Source of the DNA: an uncultured virus (IMG/VR IMGVR_UViG_3300042517_001086)
Taxonomy: Duplodnaviria; Heunggongvirae; Uroviricota; Caudoviricetes
Length of the DNA stretch: 64,000 nt
IMG/VR virus record: IMGVR_UViG_3300042517_001086
Reading direction: 5' to 3' (one strand)
Part shown: piece after piece, positions 1 through 9,948 of the stretch
Position numbering within the stretch: the stretch's first letter is position 1
How the letters are laid out: every line of letters begins with the position of its first letter
Notes under the pieces: model-generated
Seen by the model: the letters and a program-made list of their open reading frames with translations, nothing else
What the model was told of the DNA's origin: nothing
Database searches by the model: none
Program-made: the position numbers and the translations under genes

Positions 1-977
1 CATTTAATAGGCTTCAGATATTTATGCTGATGTATATCATAAAACATTGGCCTTGTATCTATTCCTGCTTCGTACAAATATAATTCGAGTGATTTTTTCT
101 TTTCTAAATCAAAATCTAGAAATCTCATACCAAGCATCCAATTAGAATGAGAGGTATCGGGATCTATATGCTGAAAAGATATATTAGGCAATTTTAAAAT
201 AGATCTATATTGATTAAAAATATTCTTTTTTTGATTTATAATCCAGTCTAAATCATTTAGCTGACCATATAAAATAGCAGCTTGTATATTTGTCATTCTG
301 TAATTATAGCCAAGATAATCATGAATGAATTTTTTATGGGATTGCCCTTGATTTTTTACTGTATTGATATAAGAGAACAGCTCATCATCAGAAGTTATAA
401 AAGCACCACCTTCTCCGCATGTTATTGTTTTATTACCAAAAAAAGATATTGATGAAGCAAAACATTCTGATCCAGATGGTTTATCTCCATAGGATCCCAA
501 GAAGCCTTCACAATTGTCTTCTACAAAAATAGTATTTGGAAATTTTTGTTTTAGTTTTGGAACATTGATAATATTTCCGATATTATGTACTATCAATACT
601 GCGGTTTCTTCATCTAAAAGTTCTTCCAGATAAGAGTCTTCAAAATTCCAAGTATATAAATTGGCGTCTACTGGTATTAGTTCATACTTTTGAGTATATA
701 AAAAAGCATTCCACGCAGCTACATATACATTATTTGGAACAATAATTTTTTTGATAGATGGATATTTATATTGTAGTGCCAAAGCTAATAGATGAGTAGC
801 TGTCGTCCCATTATTCGTTAGTACGATTTTATGATTGTTGTATTTAGCTTTTGATTTTAATAAATTTTTTGTTAAATCCAGATACTCTCCTTGAGATGAT
901 ATCCAGCCACTATCCAGTGCTTTATGGGCATGTTTTAGATTATTTTTAGTTAGATACGGTTGGTATATAGGTATCAT
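1..977 (-). CDS. DegT/DnrJ/EryC1/StrS sugar aminotransferase (perosamine synthetase-like), runs off the window start
   Basis: Not in the ORF track; manual translation from ATG at 977: MIPIYQPYLTKNNLKHAHKALDSGWISSQGEY...NNGTTATHL...EDNCEG...SFFGNKTITCGEGG (PLP lysine motif)...GYNYRMTNIQAA. Confidence 0.9.
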   Translation of the reverse strand, partial: MIPIYQPYLTKNNLKHAHKALDSGWISSQGEYLDLTKNLLKSKAKYNNHKIVLTNNGTTATHLLALALQYKYPSIKKIIVPNNVYVAAWNAFLYTQKYELIPVDANLYTWNFEDSYLEELLDEETAVLIVHNIGNIINVPKLKQKFPNTIFVEDNCEGFLGSYGDKPSGSECFASSISFFGNKTITCGEGGAFITSDDELFSYINTVKNQGQSHKKFIHDYLGYNYRMTNIQAAILYGQLNDLDWIINQKKNIFNQYRSILKLPNISFQHIDPDTSHSNWMLGMRFLDFDLEKKKSLELYLYEAGIDTRPMFYDIHQHKYLKPIK

Positions 978-982
978 AGAAT

Positions 983-1291
983 CTAGTATGTCTTATGACT
1001 TCTCTGTAAAAATTTACCATTATCTAACTCTTCTCCACTTATCTTAGCATTAATAATTTCAATAATTTTTTCATCTACTTCATTAATTAGTTGGTTTCTT
1101 TGAACATTTAAATCACAAGCTTTTTTAAGATACTGCCATAGTTCAATGGCTCCATTTTCAGTATCAAAATACTTTTGTTTATATTCTTCAAATGTCATTC
1201 GTCTAATTTCATACAGCAATTCTTGATTATTCCACATTTTAAGATCTACTGTTGTTAGTTTATCTACTAGTGAGCCTAATGTATCGGCCAT
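983..1291 (-). CDS. small helical protein typical of glycosylation loci (DUF4254-like)
   Basis: TLGSLVDKL...DLKMW...LNVQRNQLINEVDE pattern; operon context. Confidence 0.5.
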   Translation of the reverse strand: MADTLGSLVDKLTTVDLKMWNNQELLYEIRRMTFEEYKQKYFDTENGAIELWQYLKKACDLNVQRNQLINEVDEKIIEIINAKISGEELDNGKFLQRSHKTY

Positions 1292-1293
1292 AT

Positions 1294-1845
1294 TTATTCT
1301 TTCTTTGTTAAAACTACTTGGTAATTTAGTGGTTTTCTGTCATCATTATCATTGTCTAAAATTTTATCTATTTTTACATTAAACAAATCATTAAACAGTT
1401 CACGATATCCGTATTCAGATATTCTCCAATAGTCAGGAAAGGGATTATGAAGATAGAAGTGGAATGGGGAGGACAAAAAAATCTGTCCATTGTTATTCAA
1501 AATATTGTTTAGTACTTCTGGTAATAGCCATATTTTTCCGATATGCTCTATAACTTCACAAGCAATAATAATATCAAATTTTCCAACTATTTCTGGAGTA
1601 AGGTCTAATACATCGTGTATATAATCTGCTTTACTGTCTAAAAATTTATCACATGTTTTATATTCTATGTTTAATTTTGGAAGTAATTGATTTTGCAAAT
1701 TGATATAATAGTTTTTAACCGGAGTATATCTTATATCCATTGGACCAATTTCAAGAATTCTCATACCATCTTTGCATGAAGGTAGGATAGAATTTTGATA
1801 GAAGTTAAATACAGAAGATCTTAATTTTAATACTTCTGGTCTCAT
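1294..1845 (-). CDS. class I SAM-dependent methyltransferase
   Basis: ILEIGP, FDIIIACEVIEH, H-x-x-P-x-DYWR motifs. Confidence 0.8.
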   Translation of the reverse strand: MRPEVLKLRSSVFNFYQNSILPSCKDGMRILEIGPMDIRYTPVKNYYINLQNQLLPKLNIEYKTCDKFLDSKADYIHDVLDLTPEIVGKFDIIIACEVIEHIGKIWLLPEVLNNILNNNGQIFLSSPFHFYLHNPFPDYWRISEYGYRELFNDLFNVKIDKILDNDNDDRKPLNYQVVLTKKE

Positions 1846-2159
1846 TTAATTTCTTTCATGATATTATCCCATGTACCATAACTCAAAGCCTTATCGTCGA
1901 TCCAATAATCATATATGGGCTTACCGCAAATTAATAAATCATATTTGATATCATGGGACTTTAACCAATGTTCAGTCATCTTATATTCAGCCCAACCTCT
2001 AGCAGTATATATTGTTATGTGATAATTTTGATAGTATAGATTATTGATACTCTTAATAGCATTTTTTTGTGGAGTAGCAAGATACTTGTTGAAGGTTTTT
2101 TCTTCAGTACAGATAGTACCATCCATGTCTATGATAAGATTTTTATGCGTTTCTCTCAT
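1842..2159 (-). CDS. HAD-superfamily phosphatase (capsule-biosynthesis type)
   Basis: DMDGT motif I, YTAR motif II, GKP...IDDK motifs III/IV. Confidence 0.85.
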   Translation of the reverse strand: MRETHKNLIIDMDGTICTEEKTFNKYLATPQKNAIKSINNLYYQNYHITIYTARGWAEYKMTEHWLKSHDIKYDLLICGKPIYDYWIDDKALSYGTWDNIMKEIK

Positions 2160-2162
2160 ACA

Positions 2163-3071
2163 TTAATTAAAGAATGTCTCTTTGTAGTATCTTTCCATCA
2201 ATAAGTTATTGGTCCAAGATTTAGGCTGGTAGTTAAAATCATAATTAAAATAATCTTTTTTTATCAGACTTATGATGTCTAGTCCAGACTCCATAGATAA
2301 AACAGTACCTCCGCCAAACCTTGCATTTACTTCAATAATAAATGGTTGATCGTTGTTGTCAATAATGTATTGAAAGCAAGCTGGGCCCCTTATTTTTAAT
2401 TTTTCTCCAATAAGTTTTGAGTAATCATACAGAATGTCTTTATGAGATGTTCTTGAAGTCAATACCTCTCCACCAGCAACTCGTATTCTTTCTCTAGTAA
2501 CCGCATCTATAAACTTATTAGTTTTGTCAAAATAACAATCTACTGAATATTCTTTACCGAAAATTTGTTTTTGTAAGATAAATTTGTTGCTATCTATGGA
2601 CATACTTTCATTGACACTATTTATAGTAGTAATATTATTAGAAGAAAATCCAAAAACAGGCTTGCATATCAAAGGAAAACTATCAGGAAAAGGATATAGT
2701 TCTGGAAAATATTTTGTTATAAAATCAGCAAATAGTTTTTTATTAAAACAAGTATGTGATGTTTCAGAGTTAGAGTTTAGAAATACTACATCAGTATTTG
2801 ATTTGTTTTTTTGTTCTATTTGTGATAGTATACAAACGGCTTCGTCTTGTAGTGGTACTATAAGTTTAACATTATTTTTAATAGCTGTTTCTAGAATATC
2901 TTGTTGAACGTTAGGATCTTTCCATGACAAACCTATAATTATTTTACATATTTTTGACAATGGAACATCTTTGCTAGTTTCGTATGAGATAATATTGAAT
3001 CCATTATCTATAAATCTCTCAGCTAAGGATACTCTGCGTCCAGCACCAACAAGCATAGCATTAAATGTCAT
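2163..3071 (-). CDS. ATP-grasp enzyme (carbamoyl-phosphate-synthase-like, sugar-locus type)
   Basis: GAGRRV start, KPVFGFSS, EYSVD, IEVNARFGGG. Confidence 0.85.
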   Translation of the reverse strand: MTFNAMLVGAGRRVSLAERFIDNGFNIISYETSKDVPLSKICKIIIGLSWKDPNVQQDILETAIKNNVKLIVPLQDEAVCILSQIEQKNKSNTDVVFLNSNSETSHTCFNKKLFADFITKYFPELYPFPDSFPLICKPVFGFSSNNITTINSVNESMSIDSNKFILQKQIFGKEYSVDCYFDKTNKFIDAVTRERIRVAGGEVLTSRTSHKDILYDYSKLIGEKLKIRGPACFQYIIDNNDQPFIIEVNARFGGGTVLSMESGLDIISLIKKDYFNYDFNYQPKSWTNNLLMERYYKETFFN

Positions 3072-3724
3072 TATATTGTATTCCAGAATTTGTGAGGTTT
3101 AGACATTAGATTTATGTGACTAGGATATTTTTTAATATATCTATGATGGAATATGGGAGTGTCTTTAGTATCCAATAAGTCTACCAAACAGATGAAAGAA
3201 GAGTCTATGCAATGAATCTCTTTTGCATTAAGAATAGTATAGATCCAGTCAAAAAACTTACCGTGAGTTGGTGCGATTAAAGGAAGATCATGATGGATAA
3301 TATATGGGGACTTGGCTATACTATGATCATGAACGAATATATATTCATTCTCTTTGATGTTCAAAGAATCAAACAATTTTTTTTCGTTAGCTAAATTTCT
3401 GTTGATATAAAATTTTTGATACTCATATTCAATAGGAACACTTGCCATTTTATAAAATTGAGCAATAAAATTTTCTCTTGCATGAAGCTGGAATCCAATG
3501 TATAAAACGTCTTTTAGTCGATTCTTTTGTATAAAATTTTGAACATACTCGTCATCACCAACTATTAATTCTAAATTAGTTATATCGTTATACATATATT
3601 GAACATTGTCTTTATTGTGTGGTTTAACAAATAAAGAAACCTTATCGTTCTGTTCGCAGTAATGTCGAACTATTCCATGACAAGATATATGGTCCCCAAG
3701 CCCAAGATGATGATATATATACAT
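3071..3724 (-). CDS. putative glycosyltransferase (GT-B/GT9-like)
   Basis: HHLGLGDH at N-terminus, CIDSSF near C-terminus. Confidence 0.55.
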   Translation of the reverse strand: MYIYHHLGLGDHISCHGIVRHYCEQNDKVSLFVKPHNKDNVQYMYNDITNLELIVGDDEYVQNFIQKNRLKDVLYIGFQLHARENFIAQFYKMASVPIEYEYQKFYINRNLANEKKLFDSLNIKENEYIFVHDHSIAKSPYIIHHDLPLIAPTHGKFFDWIYTILNAKEIHCIDSSFICLVDLLDTKDTPIFHHRYIKKYPSHINLMSKPHKFWNTI

Positions 3725-4362
3725 TATATTAAGTCTTTTTGATTTTTAGAATTTAAATATAGTTTTTCCATAGTATCATAGCTTGTGACATAATGAAATG
3801 TCATATATTCACTTATTCTGTCATAAGTTAGTCCATAAAACTCAGGTAATTGACCCTTAAAGAGATTATTATGTTTAAGAGGTATCTTTTTATTTCTAAA
3901 ATTAATTCCAATAGAAACATCACCATATTGGGTATTGTTATAGGATATATTAATCATGTTTTGTAGAATACTGTTATGCATCAAATACCCTGCGCCCCCT
4001 GACGGATAGTACAAAGTAGTATCTTGGGGCCAAGTATTTATGATTTCTCCATGAATGTGGTTGTGTTCAGCATTGATGACGTAATTGTCTAAATTTGTAG
4101 TATTCACAAAAGTATCATTATCACAAAAAAAATACCATTCATAGTTATTGAATTGATTTAATAATAGATTAAATACATTGATTTGTTTAAGTTGCCCAGA
4201 CGAATAATCAGACCGTTCACAAACTTTATAGCAATTATTTGACGAGTCGTCGTGATCTGAATAAAAAATAACTGAATTATTTTTGCCCCATGTATTGGTA
4301 ATGTTCTTGATTCTATTATTTTGGTGTTGAGTATGTATGATACAGTATAGTATATTTTTCAT
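3724..4362 (-). CDS. GT31/Fringe-like (core-1 beta-3-galactosyltransferase-like) glycosyltransferase
   Basis: NTWG, WYFFCDNDTFVN (DxD), YPSGGAGYLM, GDVSIG, TFHY motifs in GT31 order. Confidence 0.75.
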   Translation of the reverse strand: MKNILYCIIHTQHQNNRIKNITNTWGKNNSVIFYSDHDDSSNNCYKVCERSDYSSGQLKQINVFNLLLNQFNNYEWYFFCDNDTFVNTTNLDNYVINAEHNHIHGEIINTWPQDTTLYYPSGGAGYLMHNSILQNMINISYNNTQYGDVSIGINFRNKKIPLKHNNLFKGQLPEFYGLTYDRISEYMTFHYVTSYDTMEKLYLNSKNQKDLI

Positions 4363-5120
4363 GACATTCCGATAGTTTTGTTATACAAAGTTTTGTCTTC
4401 TATAAAGGTTATTTGTTTCTCTGAATCAATCAATGGAGGTATTCTAAAATGATGCATTCTAAGCACTGAGTAGTCATGAGCATGTTCTGATTCGTCTACG
4501 ACATACCCCAGATCATGAACAACCCCTCCGTGCTGTATTAGAGGAGTTTTTGCATAATCTGACTTGCATATACTCTTGCCTCGGTTTTTAAATTTTGTTT
4601 GATTTCTGGATTCATAGTCCCATCTTGAACATGAAGCTGGTTGATTTGTGATCCAGTTTGAAAGCGTATACTTATTGTCAACATCAAAAGAGTGGCAATA
4701 GATTCTGTCGATTTTTTTTGTTTCCATCATATTTTCTACAATATCTGAGATATTAGAATCCATATCAGATACCACATACTCGTCTACGTCTATTAAATAA
4801 CATATACATTGTCCATATTTTATATTTGCTATGTCTAAGCCCCTAGATAGAGAGCGAACTATTCTGTAGTTACAGCTAACACTGTGACCATATAGCTCAG
4901 AATCTGTCGTGTCGAACATTTGTCCTTTACCGTCTGTAGCAAGTAGCTCTAAATCGATGCCGTATTTATTACATATCTCTATTATTCTTTTTTTGGAAGA
5001 GTCAACAGAAAAATCATCAAAAAATATTAAACAATTAATACCTTGACTAGCATGATATGCTATCCAATTTTCTAGTCTAATTGACAAATTTCTTGCTTGG
5101 GTTATAATAACGTGTTTCAT
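4359..5120 (-). CDS. GT2/GT92-like glycosyltransferase
   Basis: NWIAYH, FFDDFSVD, LIDVDEY, terminal HHF. Confidence 0.7.
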   Translation of the reverse strand: MKHVIITQARNLSIRLENWIAYHASQGINCLIFFDDFSVDSSKKRIIEICNKYGIDLELLATDGKGQMFDTTDSELYGHSVSCNYRIVRSLSRGLDIANIKYGQCICYLIDVDEYVVSDMDSNISDIVENMMETKKIDRIYCHSFDVDNKYTLSNWITNQPASCSRWDYESRNQTKFKNRGKSICKSDYAKTPLIQHGGVVHDLGYVVDESEHAHDYSVLRMHHFRIPPLIDSEKQITFIEDKTLYNKTIGMS

Positions 5121-6217
5121 CTTATGATCTCTTTTATTCTAGATAATGCTGAACCTATAACTTGATGCATATCATAGTATCTATACTCTGCTAGTCTTCC
5201 TCCAAAGAACACTCTGTTATTTGTTTGGTTTAGTTTTATGTATTTACTATATTTTTCGTTATTCTCTTTGTTATTAACTGGGTATATCGGCTCTTCTGAC
5301 CCTGTCCATTTTATAGGATACTCTTTGCTAATAATAGTATTACTTTCGTTATTATTTGCAGTAAGATTAAAGTGTTTGTGTTCAATAATTCTAGTATATG
5401 GTATATTTTGATCAGTATAGTTAATAACACTATGACCTTGATAATTATTTGTTTCTAATATTTTATGTTCAAAATAAAGAGGTCGATAGTCTAGCATACC
5501 GAATTCTAAATTATAGAACTTATCTACTGATCCTGTATATATTATGTATTTTGAGATATTGTCGTAATAGTTTCTTCTGTCAAAGTAATCGACATTTAGT
5601 TCTACAGTAGATCCATCTAATAATTTTTCAAATAATTCTGTATAACCATTTTTAGGAATGCCTTGATATGTATCATGAAAATAGTTGTTATCGTATGTAA
5701 ATCTTAAAGGTAGTCTAGTTATAATATCTGATGGCAGATTCTTAGGTTCTGTCATCCACTGCTTAATAGTGTACCCTTTTATTAATTTTTCGTATATATC
5801 GAAACCAACCATAGACAACGCTTGTTCTTCTAGATTTGAAGGATTTCCGATAAATTTTTGACTATCTATGATTGATCTAGCTTGTTCTGGAGTTGTGGCA
5901 CCCCAAAACTTGTTAAAAGTCCACATATTGAAGGGCAAAGAGTAGATTTCATTATTGTAATTAGCTACCACATGATGTTTGTAGTTGTTGAATTCAATAA
6001 ATCTATTTACATAATCCCATATTTTTTTATTAGAGGTATGAAAGATATGTGCGCCATATTTATGGACATCTATATTATTTTGTTTATAGGTATAGCAGTT
6101 CCCTCCTATGTGATCTCGTTTGTCTATCACCAGACAAGAGTATCCTGCGTCACTTAGTTCTCTAGCACATACTGAACCATATATGCCAGCTCCAATAATT
6201 AAAAAATCAAATTTCAT
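5117..6217 (-). CDS. glf: UDP-galactopyranose mutase
   Basis: IIGAGIYG FAD motif, HKYGAHIFHT, YQGIP, TRIIEHKHF, GRLAEYRYYDM. Confidence 0.95.
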   Translation of the reverse strand: MKFDFLIIGAGIYGSVCARELSDAGYSCLVIDKRDHIGGNCYTYKQNNIDVHKYGAHIFHTSNKKIWDYVNRFIEFNNYKHHVVANYNNEIYSLPFNMWTFNKFWGATTPEQARSIIDSQKFIGNPSNLEEQALSMVGFDIYEKLIKGYTIKQWMTEPKNLPSDIITRLPLRFTYDNNYFHDTYQGIPKNGYTELFEKLLDGSTVELNVDYFDRRNYYDNISKYIIYTGSVDKFYNLEFGMLDYRPLYFEHKILETNNYQGHSVINYTDQNIPYTRIIEHKHFNLTANNNESNTIISKEYPIKWTGSEEPIYPVNNKENNEKYSKYIKLNQTNNRVFFGGRLAEYRYYDMHQVIGSALSRIKEIIR

Positions 6218-6870
6218 AAGGGTATAAATTTATAGAATTCTGGATGTCTTATATCATTCTCGTCGTAAACGTCTCCGACAAATTCAGTACCTTGTCTCAT
6301 AGTAGGAAAAGGTTTTTTGTCAAAAAACTCATCATGAACAACTTTATCGTTTTGTATGAGTGGATATAGAGTGTTGCCTAAAAATTCATAATCAGTTCCA
6401 TATTTATCTTTGCTGACATAATTTTTAAGAAGTTCTTCTATGTTATATGTATCGTTTTTTTTGTATCCCCACATTCCTCCCAAAATGGGATATCCGTGAT
6501 GAGGATGATCCCTCATTATGTGAATGGTTTTATTTTGCTTTAGCCAATAGTCAACAGCATATTTTTCTCTCATACTAAGACGACTATCAGTATCTCTGAA
6601 TACACAAACATCAAATTCGGGATCAAAACAAGTTTGAAATCTCCAGAACAGATTGGACCACGAATCTGATCCATTCATTGTTTTTACAATCACATGATCA
6701 AATTGTTCTAGTTCTATTTTTGTTTGTTCTGGAACAGATGAGTCGCTTATGAAGAATACACATTTCCATTCTGGATATATTATTGAAGCTAGTTTTGCAT
6801 TTTTAATAGCTCCAACATTATATTTTGGATTATTTCCCCATAAGCTAAAAGCAATACATTTATTAGTCAT
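6214..6870 (-). CDS. putative GT-A glycosyltransferase of uncharacterised family
   Basis: IAFSLWG..PKY, FWRF, FRDTDSRLS.RE, MRDHPHH, ILGGMWG; island context. Confidence 0.55.
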   Translation of the reverse strand: MTNKCIAFSLWGNNPKYNVGAIKNAKLASIIYPEWKCVFFISDSSVPEQTKIELEQFDHVIVKTMNGSDSWSNLFWRFQTCFDPEFDVCVFRDTDSRLSMREKYAVDYWLKQNKTIHIMRDHPHHGYPILGGMWGYKKNDTYNIEELLKNYVSKDKYGTDYEFLGNTLYPLIQNDKVVHDEFFDKKPFPTMRQGTEFVGDVYDENDIRHPEFYKFIPL

Positions 6871-7444
6871 TTAACTTATTATTTGTTTTAGGAGGATAGT
6901 TATACACAATAACATCAAACTGTCCCCAAATATCATCAATTAAATCAGAAACGAACTGCCAATTACCACCAGCTAGTCCGCTACCAAATTTAGGACAATG
7001 TATTTCTATCTTTTCGCTTTTATTAGAGAATCCCGTATTAGATTTAATATATTGAGATAAAGTATTCATTGACTTAACTAATGCCAAATAGTTTAAAGGT
7101 CTGATATTGTTAGTCCCTTTAACTCCATTTTGAGCTATCATATTAACAAAAAATAGTTTATGCTTAAATTTATTGTCTTCATAGACTTTTAGTATTTGGC
7201 TATATCCAAAATTGTTACGCAAAAAGTGCTTGCCTAGCAAGTGATAGTCTTGTTTAACTGAAGGATATTTTTCAGCTAACTGAGCGGCAAATCCAGCACC
7301 GAATAGATCTATATTATTACACACATGAGGAACAAATACCGTAGATCCATTATTGCCGGAACTTACTCTTTCTCTGATAGATTCAAAAAGATTTTGATTA
7401 GAAAATCTGTAGTTGGGTAATAGTTTATTTATTTTTATTGACAT
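6863..7444 (-). CDS. macro domain (ADP-ribose processing) protein
   Basis: HVCNN..FGAGFA, NMIAQ, PKFGSGLAGGNW; ATG at 7444. Confidence 0.85.
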   Translation of the reverse strand: MSIKINKLLPNYRFSNQNLFESIRERVSSGNNGSTVFVPHVCNNIDLFGAGFAAQLAEKYPSVKQDYHLLGKHFLRNNFGYSQILKVYEDNKFKHKLFFVNMIAQNGVKGTNNIRPLNYLALVKSMNTLSQYIKSNTGFSNKSEKIEIHCPKFGSGLAGGNWQFVSDLIDDIWGQFDVIVYNYPPKTNNKLND

Positions 7445-7448
7445 TTGA

Positions 7449-7727
7449 TCACCTTTGAATTTTTGGCCATTTGCCAATAGGGCATTCTTGATCAGCCCAT
7501 GCTAGTTTATTTAAGAATTTCTTCTTCTTACTCAAATAACATCCACATACATTGCACTGTTCTTTGTTTGCATTGAATTCTTCACATGTTTCACATACGT
7601 GGTATCTGTCTAGTATTTCTTTTTGTGTGGACTTTGGGAATCCTCCATAAATATGAAACCATAAGGACTTAATGAAGATCTGTAGTCTGATTAGGAACAT
7701 CCTTCTTCCTTTCTTTAATGGCAACAA
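7449..7727 (-). CDS. small Cys-rich protein (DUF6171-like)
   Basis: RYHVCETC...CNVCGCYL..K...CPIGKW. Confidence 0.6.
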   Translation of the reverse strand: MLPLKKGRRMFLIRLQIFIKSLWFHIYGGFPKSTQKEILDRYHVCETCEEFNANKEQCNVCGCYLSKKKKFLNKLAWADQECPIGKWPKIQR

Positions 7728-8150
7728 TATTTGAATCTTTATCTACTGTAAAAAGATCAATTTGTTCTATTATAAGATCAGGCAACATCCATTTTGTTGT
7801 TCCATCAATAAGAGAAACACATAAACGAGAGCCATTTTTCTTGTAGTCTGTGGTGACTACATATTGGCATCCATTGTGCTGATAGCAATCACCAATTAAT
7901 AATTCTTCTAAGTATTTCATATTAATTAATGATTGTAGTATCTATCCCAGTCTTCCCATTCTTCGTCTTGGAGATCTTCTTTGTGTTTTTTAACCTGTTT
8001 ATTTATATCTTTAGGAGAAAAATCACCATCATCGTAACGTTGTTTGTTACGCTTCTTTTTGATTTTATCTCTTCTATCGAGTTTTCGGTCTTTTTCTGGA
8101 AATTCGTTGTTTGGTTTCATTGAAATTATAGTCGCCAAAAGTATCTTTTG

Positions 8151-8232
8151 TATAGTAGCTCAAAAAAGTTTGATGTCAATAGACTCTTTAGGATTTTTTT
8201 ATCTTGACCCAACGAGAGAAGAGAATTACTAT
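8151..8232. promoter_or_regulatory. divergent sigma70-like promoter pair at the strand switch
   Basis: + strand TTGACC-N17-TACTAT at 8204-8232; - strand TTGACA at 8179-8174 with TACTAT 16 nt downstream. Confidence 0.55.
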
Positions 8233-8286
8233 TATGCAGGTCGGTGGATATAATATACTCTTTAGATACAATACCCTCTATCATCC

Positions 8287-9948
8287 ATGCTCAAATCTAC
8301 CATCGTTACAGGAATATGGGATTTGGGCAGAGGTTCGCTAGGCGACGGATGGAGCAGGTCTTTTGATCGCTACAGAAACAACTTCTCTGTTCTGCTAAAT
8401 AATATTAAAGATATTCCTACTATAGTTTTTATAGATAAAGAACACGAAGATATAGTATGGAAATACAGAAGCAGAGACAACACAGCTGTTTATCATCATT
8501 CTGCTAAGGATTTTGATAATAATTTTTTCCCTTTTCGCAATCAAGTGGAAAAAATAAGGACAAATGAAGACTGGTTATCTCAAGCTGGCTGGTTAAGAGA
8601 TAGCACTCAAGCGAAATTGCCATTATACAACCCCATGGTAATGAGCAAGATGTTCCTATTGCACAATGCAAAAGTATTTAATCCATTTAGTAGTGAGTAC
8701 ATGTATTGGCTTGATGGTGGAATATCCAATACTGTTCACCCAGGATACTTTAGCCACGACAAAGTAATAGAAAAAATACAAGATATCACTAAAAAATTCC
8801 TCTTTGTGTGTTTTCCTTATGAAACAGAATCAGAAATCCATGGATTCGACATAAGAAAAATGAGAGAATACGCTAAATCAGAAGAGGTTAATAGGGTTGC
8901 TAGAGGAGGATTTTTTGGTGGACACATTGATTATATATCTGAAGCTAATAATCTGTATTATAGTCTATTGAATGATTCTCTCAATAACGGTCTCATGGGT
9001 ACTGAAGAAAGCATATTTACCCTAATGACATATTTGCAACCAGAAATGTATCAACATGAAACAATTAATCATGATGGTTTATTGTCAACATTTTTTGAAA
9101 AAGTAAAAAATAATCAAACAGTTATAGAAGAAATAGCAAAAAACAATCCTAGAAAAAAGCATTCAAATAACGAAACAGTATTATACATTAATGCTTTTAA
9201 TTCTCCAGAACAATTACAAATGGTCTTGGATAGTTTTGAACTACATGATAACTCATTTATTACTCAAACAAAAAAGATTCTAATAAACAATAGCACAAAA
9301 GAAGATCTCTTCAGTAAGTATGATGCCATTTGCGAAAAATACGGATTTTCAGAGCAGATTAAAAAAGGAAATTTAGGAGTTTGTCGAGCTAGACAATTTG
9401 CTGCTGAACATTTCGCAGACCTTGGTTCTAAATACATGATCTTTTTTGAGGACGATATGTTGTTAGATTATTCTATATCTAATTGTAATTTTGGTTTTAA
9501 AAAATCGACACCTAATTTATTAAGTAGTCTTATTCGTATAATGGACAATGAAGAGTATGATTTTTTGAAATTTAGCTTTAGCGAATTTTATGGACATAAC
9601 GGAGAACAGTGGAGTTGGCATAATGTTCCTTCAGAATTACGAGTAAAATATTTTGGAGACGCAAAGAAAAAACCCCCAACGAAGTTCTCCTGCATAAAAT
9701 CTTATAATGGCATACCTTATGCAGAAGGTGAGATTTACTATTCAAATTGGCCCCATATAATAGATCAGGAAGGCAACCAAAAACTATTCTTAGATACTAC
9801 ATGGTCAAATCCTTTTGAACAAACGTGGATGAGTCACATATATACTCTAACAATTAACAATAAAGTTAAACCAGCGATATTATTAGCTAGTCCAATAACA
9901 CATAATAGGGTTCATTTTTATGAAGCGAACGAACGCAAAGAAAATTAA
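8287..9948 (+). CDS. HtrL/YibB-like protein fused to a second GT-A domain
   Basis: TIVTGIWDLGR, WLDGG, GGFFGG, GTEESI in the N-terminal domain; FFEDDM in the C-terminal domain. Confidence 0.7.
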   Translation: MLKSTIVTGIWDLGRGSLGDGWSRSFDRYRNNFSVLLNNIKDIPTIVFIDKEHEDIVWKYRSRDNTAVYHHSAKDFDNNFFPFRNQVEKIRTNEDWLSQAGWLRDSTQAKLPLYNPMVMSKMFLLHNAKVFNPFSSEYMYWLDGGISNTVHPGYFSHDKVIEKIQDITKKFLFVCFPYETESEIHGFDIRKMREYAKSEEVNRVARGGFFGGHIDYISEANNLYYSLLNDSLNNGLMGTEESIFTLMTYLQPEMYQHETINHDGLLSTFFEKVKNNQTVIEEIAKNNPRKKHSNNETVLYINAFNSPEQLQMVLDSFELHDNSFITQTKKILINNSTKEDLFSKYDAICEKYGFSEQIKKGNLGVCRARQFAAEHFADLGSKYMIFFEDDMLLDYSISNCNFGFKKSTPNLLSSLIRIMDNEEYDFLKFSFSEFYGHNGEQWSWHNVPSELRVKYFGDAKKKPPTKFSCIKSYNGIPYAEGEIYYSNWPHIIDQEGNQKLFLDTTWSNPFEQTWMSHIYTLTINNKVKPAILLASPITHNRVHFYEANERKEN

